A DNA stretch of 63,837 nt from Candidatus Moraniibacteriota bacterium. Lineage in GTDB: Bacteria > Patescibacteriota > Minisyncoccia > Moranbacterales > UBA1568. Shown here in pieces: positions 27,405 through 36,848 of this stretch. Position numbers and translations under genes: made by a program. Position 1 is the first letter of the stretch. The number at the start of each line of letters is the position of its first letter. The notes below the pieces were generated by a model. The model ran no database searches, was not told where the DNA came from, and saw only the letters and a list, made by a program, of their open reading frames with translations. The DNA is taken from assembly GCA_043743535.1 (NCBI GenBank), contig JAYTWI010000002.1:1-63837 (forward strand). The letters run 5' to 3'.

Positions 27405-28175
27405 TTATTTTTCCAAATACACCGCCGTATCAAATGAAGCTTCAAGGTTCCCTATGATTGGTGGCGCTACCGGGGCTCCTTCCGTTATTGGTTGATCGGC
27501 TGGCTTATCAGGACTGAGGGGGGTGGGATTATCACTAGGGGTGATGAGAAAAGGATTTCTTCCTGAACCTGCTGTCGACGGCGTTGACACTGCGTCTCCA
27601 CGATCCTTCATACTGACTCCCACTACATCCAAAGCATACGGAAGCGTTTCCATTTTATGAAGAAAATTAACAATATTGCCATAGCTCCCTCGTACCACAA
27701 TATTGAGTCGTAGATAGCGATCATACGGTAAAGTGTCAACAATAGAAGTAGTGTTAGCAGCCTTACCCACCGGGCTACTACTCGCTGATTTTTTCATCAT
27801 GGGAAGCGATTTGATAACACTCTTTTCCTGAATAACTGTTCCGTCTTTTGACTGGATAGTAATTTCCACCCCAGTATTTCTCGTTAAGGATTCAAGTGTC
27901 TTAATGAAATCTATAATATGTTCCTCATTGAGAAGTACCTTGAGAGTATCTTCATTGGCTCTAATATTTTCAAACTGTGCCTGTAGTTCTGGCAACTTGC
28001 CAATCTGCCGTTCCCGATTTTGGCGCAGCACGGAAAGCTGTTGTATCTCATCAGCCTTCTCGGTAACGAAGCTGTCAAAAGGCAAAATGCCAAACCAGAA
28101 AAGTAACCCCATTCCAAGGAGAAGAGAGAATGTCACCACGAGCGGCAAGGATTTTTTTACAGGAAGAATTTTCAT
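27405..28175 (-). CDS. pilO: PilO-like pilus assembly protein
   Basis: N-terminal TM helix followed by a coiled coil. Its position after pilM/pilN and the ATGA overlap with pilN support the call, which rests on architecture and context. Confidence 0.55.
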   Translation of the reverse strand: MKILPVKKSLPLVVTFSLLLGMGLLFWFGILPFDSFVTEKADEIQQLSVLRQNRERQIGKLPELQAQFENIRANEDTLKVLLNEEHIIDFIKTLESLTRNTGVEITIQSKDGTVIQEKSVIKSLPMMKKSASSSPVGKAANTTSIVDTLPYDRYLRLNIVVRGSYGNIVNFLHKMETLPYALDVVGVSMKDRGDAVSTPSTAGSGRNPFLITPSDNPTPLSPDKPADQPITEGAPVAPPIIGNLEASFDTAVYLEK

Positions 28176-28744
28176 AGATCATTTTTTTGTAAACATGCCT
28201 GCTTCACCTGAAATTCAATTTGAAAATCAATGTTTTCTTGGGAAAAAAGATTAGAGAGAGGGATATTAACCTCAGTTATACATTCTGCGTTTTTCATTTT
28301 TTCATCCAAAAGGAGGAGGTCTTCTCGTTTAGCTGCTATACCAGATAAAGAAACGGAATATTCCTTCGTCGAAAGCGTGCTGACTGTTATCCCCGGCGGC
28401 AAAAGCTCATTTAATAACCTAAATACTTGGGTAAAGTGCAAATGCGAACGCTCAATCTTGCCAATAATAGAGGTGGTTTCATTGATACTATGGAACGTAT
28501 CTTGATAACCATTCAATTTCTCGTTCTGTATGGAGACTATCTCATCACGAGGAACTTCCAAAGATTGCGCACTCTGAAATTGGAAATCCAAAAAAAGGTA
28601 CATCCCAATCGAGAGCGTCAAATAAAATATTTCTAGTAGAAATAACAAAAATAACTGCCACAACAAAAAACGCGAGCGCAGGCGATTTTGAGTTATTTTT
28701 TTCTCCTCCTCTGGGAGAAGGTTAAGCAAAATCTTCATATTCAT
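28172..28744 (-). CDS. pilN: PilN-like pilus assembly protein
   Basis: Short cytoplasmic N-terminus, one TM helix and a periplasmic-type domain. The gene overlaps the end of pilM. Confidence 0.55.
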   Translation of the reverse strand: MNMKILLNLLPEEEKKITQNRLRSRFLLWQLFLLFLLEIFYLTLSIGMYLFLDFQFQSAQSLEVPRDEIVSIQNEKLNGYQDTFHSINETTSIIGKIERSHLHFTQVFRLLNELLPPGITVSTLSTKEYSVSLSGIAAKREDLLLLDEKMKNAECITEVNIPLSNLFSQENIDFQIEFQVKQACLQKNDL

Positions 28745-29816
28745 CCAAACCCCTTAAGGCGAGACCAATAGCTGTCGAATACTGTACCGAATGTTGTCGA
28801 TCGATGAGTGGAATCTCACGACCCAAATGAACATTGACCCATGGGTTGCCGAATTCTACTGGCCGGCCTAAACGCCTAGCCAAATAAGGCAACAGCCCAT
28901 TCATATTTGACCCACCGCCACAGAGGACGACAGCATCAACCACACTAGAATAGCGCAGATTATTCAAATAAAAATCAATCGATTTCTCAATCTCCACAGC
29001 CATATTTTCCAATACTGGTTCGGCTGCCTTGAATACCGGACTCTTCAGTGCCATTGATCCCAACCCTTGTTTAATTTTCAAATTTTCCGCCTCATCAAAG
29101 GATATCTGCAATGATTTTGATATCGCATCCGTAATCATTTGAGAGGATAGTGGGACGCTCGACGTAAAACATGGCGTATTACCAATGGTAACCAAGAAGC
29201 TCGTACGCCGGTCACCTATATCAACGATAAGAGTAGTGGTTTGTTCATTTTTTTCCGAAAGAAGACTTCTAGCCTGAGCAATAGACTCAGTCTCCAGGCC
29301 AATAACTTCCAAGCCAGCGCTCTCTAATACAGCCTGAAACTGATCGACAACACTCCGAGTAACCGCTACCACTAGCACACTCATCTTGCCTTTCTCTTGA
29401 GCCAGGTTAAGATCGAGGATCTGCCAGTCATAATATACTTGGTCCAAAGTAAGAGGAATGTTAGCCTCTATCTCCCACTTGATAGCTTCCCTCACTTCTT
29501 CTGCTGCCATCTTCGGCAGCGTAACGATGCGCAAAAAAGCCTTGGTCTCAGGAAGTGAGCATATTACTTGACGGGTTCTTATTTTTTTCGGACCAGCTTT
29601 AGCAAGCAGATCCAACACTGCATTCTTAACCGCTAGAGCATCCATAATTTCGCCATCGACCACGCTCCCCAAAGCAAGTGGCACTGAGCCAAAACTCAAA
29701 ACTGAATCATGCGTTCCGGTTCGGTTAAGCCAGACGCTTTTTATGGAGAGATCACTCAAATCAAGTCCGAAAGAACTTGGGAAAAGATCGAAAAATTTTT
29801 TATGCAAGATGCCCAT
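28722..29816 (-). CDS. pilM: Type IV pilus assembly protein PilM (actin-like ATPase fold)
   Basis: GLDLSDLSIKSV, VDIGDRRTSF and LCGGGSNMNGL motifs typical of the FtsA/PilM fold. Confidence 0.8.
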   Translation of the reverse strand: MGILHKKFFDLFPSSFGLDLSDLSIKSVWLNRTGTHDSVLSFGSVPLALGSVVDGEIMDALAVKNAVLDLLAKAGPKKIRTRQVICSLPETKAFLRIVTLPKMAAEEVREAIKWEIEANIPLTLDQVYYDWQILDLNLAQEKGKMSVLVVAVTRSVVDQFQAVLESAGLEVIGLETESIAQARSLLSEKNEQTTTLIVDIGDRRTSFLVTIGNTPCFTSSVPLSSQMITDAISKSLQISFDEAENLKIKQGLGSMALKSPVFKAAEPVLENMAVEIEKSIDFYLNNLRYSSVVDAVVLCGGGSNMNGLLPYLARRLGRPVEFGNPWVNVHLGREIPLIDRQHSVQYSTAIGLALRGLDEYEDFA

Positions 29817-29896
29817 AACACTTTTTGTGTCGACTTTTTGTTTTTACTGCCCTTCAATAATAGCACGGAACGGCGTAAAGAATACTGCGTCGCTTC

Positions 29897-31384
29897 CTAT
29901 TTTTCTTCCCACAAATCCATTTCGTACTTGGTACCAGTAGGAAAATACGGTGGCGGATAATACAAGAGATCATTATCATAATAAATATTACGGGTGGTAT
30001 ATCCCGTTCCATCTGTCCAAGCAAAACCATACCGTAGGTTGGTCGCAATTGCTCCGTTGATAGTGATAGTTGCCTTGACGTCAGGCGCTAGCGCCTTGTC
30101 GAGATAGTGTTCCCGTCCCACTCTCCCCTGCTGCGCCAAAAGCGCCCCATCAATATGCAACACGTTGTTACTAGCCCAGCCAATCTCAATATTATTTTGA
30201 CCAATAATGCCAATGATGTCGCGTCCATCAGTGTTCGTATAGAGAATATCCTTGAGAATATAGACTGAGGGAGCTGCTCCACCCAAAAGATTAGCAGCCA
30301 CGACCGTCACTTTCTTCGCGTTCACTGTCCCCTCTACCCAAGCGTTCCCTTCTACGAAGATCACCCCATTATCAGGAATAGTGTAGTTCGTCGGGGAACA
30401 AGTACCAGAACATGTAGCGCAAGTGCCGCCCCCAGCATTCTTATCATATTTCGTAATCGAATAACCCGTGGTTATGGTGTTAATCTTACAGACGTCAAAT
30501 GTCCCGTTATTCTTTAAAATAATCTGCCGGCCAGCAACGCTGGTACCAGAGGGAAGGTAATAAGTGCCCGAAGCCTGAGCCGTTGTTTTCATCAGACTCA
30601 AATCGCCGAGTACCCCACTGAAATCAACGGTCGGCACCGGAAAGGATCGCCCTGCTCCAAATATATCCATCCGGGCAGGCACAGTCGCCGGAGGAGCCTC
30701 GCCTGCTCGAAAAGTATCATTCACTCCTGACGCTGGAGGGGCATTAACATGAGTATGTACGCCAAATTCATTCGCACCAGAGTGGTCAGGGTCGTCAAAG
30801 CTCGCTACGGAACTTGAAATAACATTATGAGCAAAGCCATCGAAACGAATCCCCTGATTCGACTGGATCTTGCCATATATTTCTGTGCCAACGCCAAAGC
30901 GGATAAAAGCATTAGCGAGCACGGCGTTTTCACTCCACGATGGCCGACGAAAACGCACAACGATTCTTCGTGTGTCGTTTGGGTAACGGTAGGTCCACCC
31001 AGTGGCTGTTACTACCACAATAGTCGAACCAGTGCTTGGTGGTGTTACTGTCAAACGATACTTTCCTATCGGCGAGCCGCCTGGATCTTTGTACTCCACC
31101 TCATAAGGAGTAGCCACGCCATAAGGACTGCCAGTAGTCCAAAACGTTGCTACCTGGGCAGCCGTTCTTCCTTCAACCTGATGAGCCAAATACCAACGAT
31201 AGAAATGGATGCCCGAATCAGCAATTTGAAAAGCCTGCTCCCGAGCCTGAACCCGAAGCGAATACTTCGTCTGTGTCACAATAAAACCGATCACCGCCAT
31301 CAAGACGATAAGTACTGCCGTCATAATGACCAGCCCAAAAGCTAGGATCGCGCCCTTCAAAGATGAAGTGTATTTCTTTCTCAT
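29897..31384 (-). CDS. Large pilus-associated protein with an N-terminal hydrophobic anchor (PilX-like position)
   Basis: 495 aa. N-terminus KGAILAFGLVIMTAVLIVLMAV lacks the Glu+5 of true prepilins. ATGA overlap with the upstream pseudopilin gene. Confidence 0.5.
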   Translation of the reverse strand: MRKKYTSSLKGAILAFGLVIMTAVLIVLMAVIGFIVTQTKYSLRVQAREQAFQIADSGIHFYRWYLAHQVEGRTAAQVATFWTTGSPYGVATPYEVEYKDPGGSPIGKYRLTVTPPSTGSTIVVVTATGWTYRYPNDTRRIVVRFRRPSWSENAVLANAFIRFGVGTEIYGKIQSNQGIRFDGFAHNVISSSVASFDDPDHSGANEFGVHTHVNAPPASGVNDTFRAGEAPPATVPARMDIFGAGRSFPVPTVDFSGVLGDLSLMKTTAQASGTYYLPSGTSVAGRQIILKNNGTFDVCKINTITTGYSITKYDKNAGGGTCATCSGTCSPTNYTIPDNGVIFVEGNAWVEGTVNAKKVTVVAANLLGGAAPSVYILKDILYTNTDGRDIIGIIGQNNIEIGWASNNVLHIDGALLAQQGRVGREHYLDKALAPDVKATITINGAIATNLRYGFAWTDGTGYTTRNIYYDNDLLYYPPPYFPTGTKYEMDLWEEK

Positions 31385-32007
31385 AAATTCTCCAGGTTGC
31401 GCAGATCAGCGAACGATTCAATGTTCACATTGTTTGGAGCGTGAACCGGGTCAATGTTGACTAAGAGGTGTACCCTGATGAGCCGGACATTTTGGACAGT
31501 AACCGGAGTAGCAAGCGGATTGTTGACCGTATCCCCAGGATAGTCATTGTTATAATAATAAAATACCGGATCCGTATTGAGATTCACAACATAATTAGTT
31601 ATCACTGATACCGTATCGTCTCCCGCCGGATACGTCACTGGCGTGGTGGCAAGCGGATTAGCGATACCCACCTTTAATTGATCCGTCGTCAAATCCAAAA
31701 AATAATGCACTCGTTCAGTCACGCCATCCTTATCGATATCGAGATATACTTTCAAATCAAAATTTGACCCAGATTCAATGGGGAAATCACCGTCATCACC
31801 TTGCCTTATACTCCGTAACTGTGAAACAACCTTCTCAGTAGCATGCGAAGCGGCAGCTGAGGCCCTCCCCTCTTCCAAAATAAATTTATTGGTATCCCAA
31901 GAGCGCAACAAGAGAAAAGCGAATCCCTGCATACCAATCAAGACGATGGCAATAGAAATGAGCATTTCCACCAAAGTCATTCCTCTGTGAGTATGTTGAT
32001 ACATCAT
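31381..32007 (-). CDS. Prepilin-type N-terminal cleavage/methylation domain protein (pseudopilin)
   Basis: HRG/MTLVEMLISIAIVLI, a class III signal with Glu at +5. Confidence 0.75.
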   Translation of the reverse strand: MMYQHTHRGMTLVEMLISIAIVLIGMQGFAFLLLRSWDTNKFILEEGRASAAASHATEKVVSQLRSIRQGDDGDFPIESGSNFDLKVYLDIDKDGVTERVHYFLDLTTDQLKVGIANPLATTPVTYPAGDDTVSVITNYVVNLNTDPVFYYYNNDYPGDTVNNPLATPVTVQNVRLIRVHLLVNIDPVHAPNNVNIESFADLRNLENL

Positions 32008-32014
32008 AGATCTT

Positions 32015-33406
32015 TTAATTCGGTACCAAAGCGACTGCCTTTTTTTGTAGCGTGCCGCTGACGGCCACGGTTAGAGTAGTACTATTAAAACCTGCTGCAC
32101 TCACTGTTAGTGTATAAGTTCCAGCCGGCAATCCCGGTAATGCAGTTGGAAAGTAGGCCAGTCCATAGGAATCAGATGTCAGCGTAACATCATATCCCAA
32201 TCCAACGTTCGTGAGATGGACGCTTGCACCAGCAAAGGCTGCTCCGGTGGACTGATTGGTAACCGTCACTTTTACCGAACCGATATTCTCATCCAAAAGA
32301 ATTGCCGTCACCGGCTGATCAACCCCAGCCACCACATTAAAACCATCAATACTAGTCCCCGCCGGATTTAATTTATAAAGCTCGTACTGAACGCTACTTA
32401 TCGCCACTTTATACTGACCATAACTTTGATTGGCAAAGGTTTTCTCCCCAGAACCATCTGTCGTTGTGGTTTGGGAAAACCCATAAACGGTCGTCACTGG
32501 GGCGGTTGACGGATCAAAACCAAGGATTCTTCCCCCACTGATTTGAAAACTGATATTGGGGATACTGGTACCGAACGGGTCTTTGGTAGCGAGAGTAATA
32601 TCAGCTGCCTGGTCAGCCACAATCGTTTTGGTGTTCATAGTTCCAGCCACCACAGATGCATGAACATCTATTGGATTATAGGTAGAGGTTGGATAGGCGG
32701 GATAGGTGATGGCACCATAGTAGCCATTCTTAGAGACCGTCAACTGATATTTCTCAGTACCAGCAGGAGCCCCCGGCAAAGTAATATTACCAGTGGCATC
32801 AGTGTCAGTAGTGATATCGATACTGGACACAGTGTTTACGATGTGCACGGTCGCACCTGCTACTCCCGCACCGGAAGCGTTCAAAATGTTAATCGACAAA
32901 ACACCACCACCCCCTAATGTTTCAATACCGTTCGGAGAAATATTGCCGAAAACCACTATCGTTTGATCTGTCCCCTCATTCCCCCAAGACACCTTTACCC
33001 GAACACGCTTGTAGTCTGTCGGTATAGCATCAGCCGGGGTTACACCATCGAAAGCGTCATCCACATATTGCACAAACGTATGCACGCTATACTGGGTCGT
33101 GTTGACGCTGACGGTTTCATCCTCTAACAAGTCGCCACCAGGAATTCCGTACACCCAAGCGCTGCCATTCCAGTGTTTCGTTCCGATACTATCATAGATA
33201 ATGCTCCGAATGATTTCCATTTTCTGATTAGCCAAGGCCGTGGCTCCCAAACGATTCTTGGAGTCAATAATCATATGTGATCCTACAACATACACCTGAA
33301 AGAACGTCACGGAAATGATAGAGAAAAGGAACAAAAAAACCATCGCCTCAATCAGTGTGAAGCCCTTACGACTGAAACTTTGTTGTGGAGCACTTAAAAG
33401 ATTCAT
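32015..33406 (-). CDS. Large pseudopilin with two carboxypeptidase-regulatory-like beta domains
   Basis: RKG/FTLIEAMVFLFLF prepilin signal. Repeated segments GATVHIVNT...TGNITLPG...YQLTVSKNGY and GASVHLTNV...YGLAYFP...YTLTVSAAGF. Confidence 0.75.
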   Translation of the reverse strand: MNLLSAPQQSFSRKGFTLIEAMVFLFLFSIISVTFFQVYVVGSHMIIDSKNRLGATALANQKMEIIRSIIYDSIGTKHWNGSAWVYGIPGGDLLEDETVSVNTTQYSVHTFVQYVDDAFDGVTPADAIPTDYKRVRVKVSWGNEGTDQTIVVFGNISPNGIETLGGGGVLSINILNASGAGVAGATVHIVNTVSSIDITTDTDATGNITLPGAPAGTEKYQLTVSKNGYYGAITYPAYPTSTYNPIDVHASVVAGTMNTKTIVADQAADITLATKDPFGTSIPNISFQISGGRILGFDPSTAPVTTVYGFSQTTTTDGSGEKTFANQSYGQYKVAISSVQYELYKLNPAGTSIDGFNVVAGVDQPVTAILLDENIGSVKVTVTNQSTGAAFAGASVHLTNVGLGYDVTLTSDSYGLAYFPTALPGLPAGTYTLTVSAAGFNSTTLTVAVSGTLQKKAVALVPN

Positions 33407-33415
33407 GGGCGCTCC

Positions 33416-34636
33416 TTATTTTATATTATCAAGCACAGAATACATCGGTTGGAGCATTGCTACAGCAAAAAACCCTACTCCGCCACCGATCAAAAGCATC
33501 AGGATTGGCTCGATAATCGAAGACATATTTTTCGTGATCTGCGAAACTTCCTCTTCATAAAACTCTGCCAGACGCTGCAGTACAACTTCTGTCTTCCCCG
33601 TTTCTTCCCCCACTTCAATAATCTGTGGCACCAAGACCGGAAAAATATTGGGATAACGGCCGATAACCACGCTCAAATTGACTCCTTTTTGGATTTCTAC
33701 GATGGCCTCGGCCAGGGCAACGCGATAATACACATTGGAAAGCGTCTTAGAAACGATAGTCAAAGCATTAATCACCGACACGCCGCTTTTCAGAAGAGAG
33801 CTGTGGATGCGAGCAAAACGAGCGCAGTTCACTTTGATAATAATGCCCCCGACGATAGGCATATGGAGAAAAACAAAATCAAAGAAGCGTTTCCCAGCAG
33901 CCGTGCTCCAAAACATTTTTACGGCAACAATAACTATTACCACAATGATAATACTAACTAACCAGTGCTGAATCAAAAAGTCGCTGAAGGCCATAATGAC
34001 TTGCGTGGTAGCTGGCAACGGCACATCCATATCTTTAAAAACCCCTGTTATCTTAGGCAGAATATACGTGAGCATCAGAATACCAATTCCAATCATCGCC
34101 ACCACGATCACCGCCGGATAGATGAGTGCGCCCCGCACCTTGGAAAGCAGATCGTTTTCCTTTTCCAACTGGAGGGCTAAAATTTCCAAAACTTCCTCGA
34201 GACTGCCCCCCACTTCTCCGACGTACACCATGCTAACAAAAAGCTCGTTGAAAATCGTTGGGTACTTTGCTAACCCTTCAGAAAGCGTCTTGCCGGCCTG
34301 CAAATCATCGTTGACGCTATCAAGAATCTTTTTAAAAGTCTTATTTTGGGTCTGGATGCTCAGGTTATGGATGGCTCGTGATACAGTCAACCCAGAAGAA
34401 ACCATCACTGCCAGGTTGCGAGTGAAGGTCATCTTTTCCTTCAGCGGCACTGAGCGGAAGCGATCGAAAAATTTAATTTGAATGTTAGAAGCAACGGCTT
34501 CCTCTTTATGCGAGGTCAGGATTAACCCTTGAGCACGCAAATCGGCCGCCAGATCTTTTTCATTCTTGGCTTCTAACTCTCCTCCCGAAGTCTCGCCGGT
34601 GACAGAATTTTTCGCCGTATAGAAAAATTTTGGCAT
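33416..34636 (-). CDS. pilC: Type IV pilus / T2SS platform protein (GspF/PilC family)
   Basis: Two T2SSF repeats (GEVGGSLEEVLE and EVGEETGKTEVVLQRLAEFYE) and three TM segments. Confidence 0.88.
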   Translation of the reverse strand: MPKFFYTAKNSVTGETSGGELEAKNEKDLAADLRAQGLILTSHKEEAVASNIQIKFFDRFRSVPLKEKMTFTRNLAVMVSSGLTVSRAIHNLSIQTQNKTFKKILDSVNDDLQAGKTLSEGLAKYPTIFNELFVSMVYVGEVGGSLEEVLEILALQLEKENDLLSKVRGALIYPAVIVVAMIGIGILMLTYILPKITGVFKDMDVPLPATTQVIMAFSDFLIQHWLVSIIIVVIVIVAVKMFWSTAAGKRFFDFVFLHMPIVGGIIIKVNCARFARIHSSLLKSGVSVINALTIVSKTLSNVYYRVALAEAIVEIQKGVNLSVVIGRYPNIFPVLVPQIIEVGEETGKTEVVLQRLAEFYEEEVSQITKNMSSIIEPILMLLIGGGVGFFAVAMLQPMYSVLDNIK

Positions 34637-34768
34637 AGTATTGCCTGTTTTATTTTGGTCTTATTGTTATTACCAAACGAAGCGAGTGAAACAAAAGTGT
34701 ATTTTTGTTTTCGAGCGAGTGCTGGTAAAATCAGGTGAATACCTGTTATTATTATATCATAGAAAATG

Positions 34769-34798
34769 AAAAAGTACTTGCAATAGAGTGTACTTTTT
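34769..34798 (-). terminator. AT-rich hairpin, possible terminator after the nucleotidyltransferase-like gene
   Basis: Stem aaaaagtac / gtacttttt with a 12-nt loop. Confidence 0.35.
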
Positions 34799-34855
34799 AT
34801 AAAGAAAAAGGCCACCTTTATACAAAAATGAATAGCTCCATCCAAAAAACCTTTT

Positions 34856-35779
34856 TCATACGCCCAGCCGTTCTTTGAATTCCTGAAACACCAGTGGGCC
34901 GCGCGGCTCGGGAAGGAAAATAAGAGCCGTATCAGTAGCTTCGATCAGACTGCCCTCACGCCTCGTCTCGGGATTGCGAGCAATCTTCCGTTTCTGCCAC
35001 GATGAGAGCCATTGTTCCAGATGAAAGAAATCAAAAACATACTCAAGTCTGGTTTGCACCCATTCTACCCCAATGCTTTCTTGCACTAGCCATAAACTCG
35101 GCAATGTGGTCAAAAAAAATTGCGGCTTATAGTGTCGAATCCAGATATTTCTGGCCTCAAACTTCTGAAACCAGTCAAAAGAAATGAGCGGGATGAGAAA
35201 ACGATACTCGTTGGCCGAAAAAAGATCTTTGGTGGAAATTTCTAAATTATCATCGGTTACAAAGTAGTTGAGGCAGGCCCGATTGTTCACCTTCTCACCG
35301 TGCCGCCGTTTGCCGATGCACTGCAGAAAAAATGTCAGGAGTGTCCGTCCTAACCATATCTTGCCCGAACGTAAAACCACAAACATATCCCAATCACTCC
35401 CCACGCTACCGTGCTTCATCGACAGACTGCCGGTCGCCCCGAGCATCCGTACGTAGGGCACATAGGCAATCAGCCGAGCCAGCCTCTTCATCCGTTTCAG
35501 TTTAGCCACCGACAGTTTCTCGCTCTGGATGCGTTCTCGCACCAGATGCCCCCGCCCCGCCAAAAAATAAAACCCATCCCGTTCAAAAACCTTGGCCGTC
35601 AATGATCCGTACAAGAGAAAATCGCGCACCTCGCGCAAACCGACTGGTTCAGTTTGCTTCCCATAAACGTCATCATAAGCTACCAAATGCTTCCATACCT
35701 CGAAAGCCGTCAACGGAAAATCGAGCACGTCATAGTACGTCACCGTGGCCAGAATATTTTTCCCTAACGAATAGCCCAT
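34856..35779 (-). CDS. Hypothetical protein with a Pol-beta-type nucleotidyltransferase-like motif
   Basis: GATGSLSMKHGSVGSDWDMFVV resembles the GS...DxD nucleotidyltransferase signature. The rest is unrecognised. Confidence 0.5.
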   Translation of the reverse strand: MGYSLGKNILATVTYYDVLDFPLTAFEVWKHLVAYDDVYGKQTEPVGLREVRDFLLYGSLTAKVFERDGFYFLAGRGHLVRERIQSEKLSVAKLKRMKRLARLIAYVPYVRMLGATGSLSMKHGSVGSDWDMFVVLRSGKIWLGRTLLTFFLQCIGKRRHGEKVNNRACLNYFVTDDNLEISTKDLFSANEYRFLIPLISFDWFQKFEARNIWIRHYKPQFFLTTLPSLWLVQESIGVEWVQTRLEYVFDFFHLEQWLSSWQKRKIARNPETRREGSLIEATDTALIFLPEPRGPLVFQEFKERLGV

Positions 35780-35938
35780 ACGAAAGAATTTCTCATTTTC
35801 AATACATCAATCCTAGCATTTTTCCACCCTTCCTCTATCATTGACATTTCACGACGGATTTGCCATAATAACTCTGTCCTTTTCCAATTACCCCCACCAA
35901 CCGAAAAACTTGGCCTCAAATAAGCCAGAAAGGGAACT

Positions 35939-36358
35939 ATGGATCTGACCACTCTCCTCTGGGCTGCCGGTATTGCAGCCACATTCGTGGCTTGGCCAGT
36001 CATCGGCAAGTACTCTGGCGCATCGGGCGCCTGGATTGGCATCATTGTAGTTGCCGGTTCGCTCGTAACCACAGCCATCTTCGGTCTGAAAGAGCTGACT
36101 TCGGGACCGATGTTCACGCTGAAGGCCTTGGTGCTGCTGGTAATGGCTGGCTTGCTCAATGGCGCGGCAGTCTACTACTACAGTGTCAAAGCGACCAGCA
36201 CAGCCATTCCGACTGGGGTGTTCATTGTCACGATGTCGATTATGATGGTGATCTTCGCCCCCATACTCGACTGGCTCCTGAACGGCAATGCACTCTCAAT
36301 TCGGCAATGTGCCGGCATCGCTGCGGCTGTCGTAGCCATCTACCTCCTGCAAAACTAA
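35939..36358 (+). CDS. Small multi-pass membrane protein (EamA/SMR-like half transporter) in a G+C-rich patch
   Basis: 139 aa with four hydrophobic segments. Plus-strand gene; the competing ORFs in other frames look like shadows. Confidence 0.55.
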   Translation: MDLTTLLWAAGIAATFVAWPVIGKYSGASGAWIGIIVVAGSLVTTAIFGLKELTSGPMFTLKALVLLVMAGLLNGAAVYYYSVKATSTAIPTGVFIVTMSIMMVIFAPILDWLLNGNALSIRQCAGIAAAVVAIYLLQN

Positions 36359-36451
36359 AGAGTCACGAGCGCTCGCACCCCGCTTAAAATAGGGTGTTTT
36401 TCTTTATCTAAAGACTCATAACTCAAAAAGTGACACACAAGATACATTATT

Positions 36452-36629
36452 GTTTCGAAAACTCATTTCTTTTTCTTTCCTGATTCGTTTCCGAACAGCC
36501 CTGACTCGCTTCATCGAACGGGGAGCTGCCCTGTCGAGACCATCCGTCACGCTCGACCGTTACCGATACGCTCATCACGACTGTTACCGGAAACTGCATG
36601 AGAAAGAAAAAGAAAGAGCTTTTCGAAAC
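36452..36629. repeat. 28-nt inverted repeat pair enclosing about 120 nt
   Basis: gtttcgaaaactcatttctttttctttc (36452-36479) against the reverse complement of gaaagaaaaagaaagagcttttcgaaac (36602-36629). Matching blocks of 10, 3 and 14 nt with a small internal bulge. Confidence 0.6.
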
Positions 36630-36848
36630 TGACCATTTCAAACGCTTTGAGGAAATAAAAATCTTGATGCTAAGCAAGGTGCCCTACCGTATCCGGCTCG
36701 CGGGCGACTTGGAATCAGTTTTGCATGGTTCTCTCTGTTTCAGAGAGAAAAACTGGTTCCACGTCAACAAAAATCACGCTGGGATTTTTGTGGCACGAGA
36801 GTCGGGATCGGTAGGACACCCATTCAAAGAGAGGGGGCGAAAAAGAAT

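Noticed and set aside
35764-36387. ORFs 35764-36159 (-) and 35992-36387 (+) overlapping the small membrane protein gene
   Set aside because: Shadow frames in a G+C-rich patch. The 35939-36358 plus frame gives clean hydrophobic helices.
36360-36848. Known housekeeping RNAs (RNase P RNA, tmRNA, SRP RNA, 6S) in the structured gaps at 36360-36848, 43308-43782 and 17040-17530
   Set aside because: I looked for GAGGAAAGTCC / ACAGAACCCGGCTTA (RNase P), a GGGG...TTCGAC 5' end with a CCACCA 3' end (tmRNA), and the SRP domain IV GGAA loop context. I found no convincing matches. A covariance-model scan is needed for a definitive answer.
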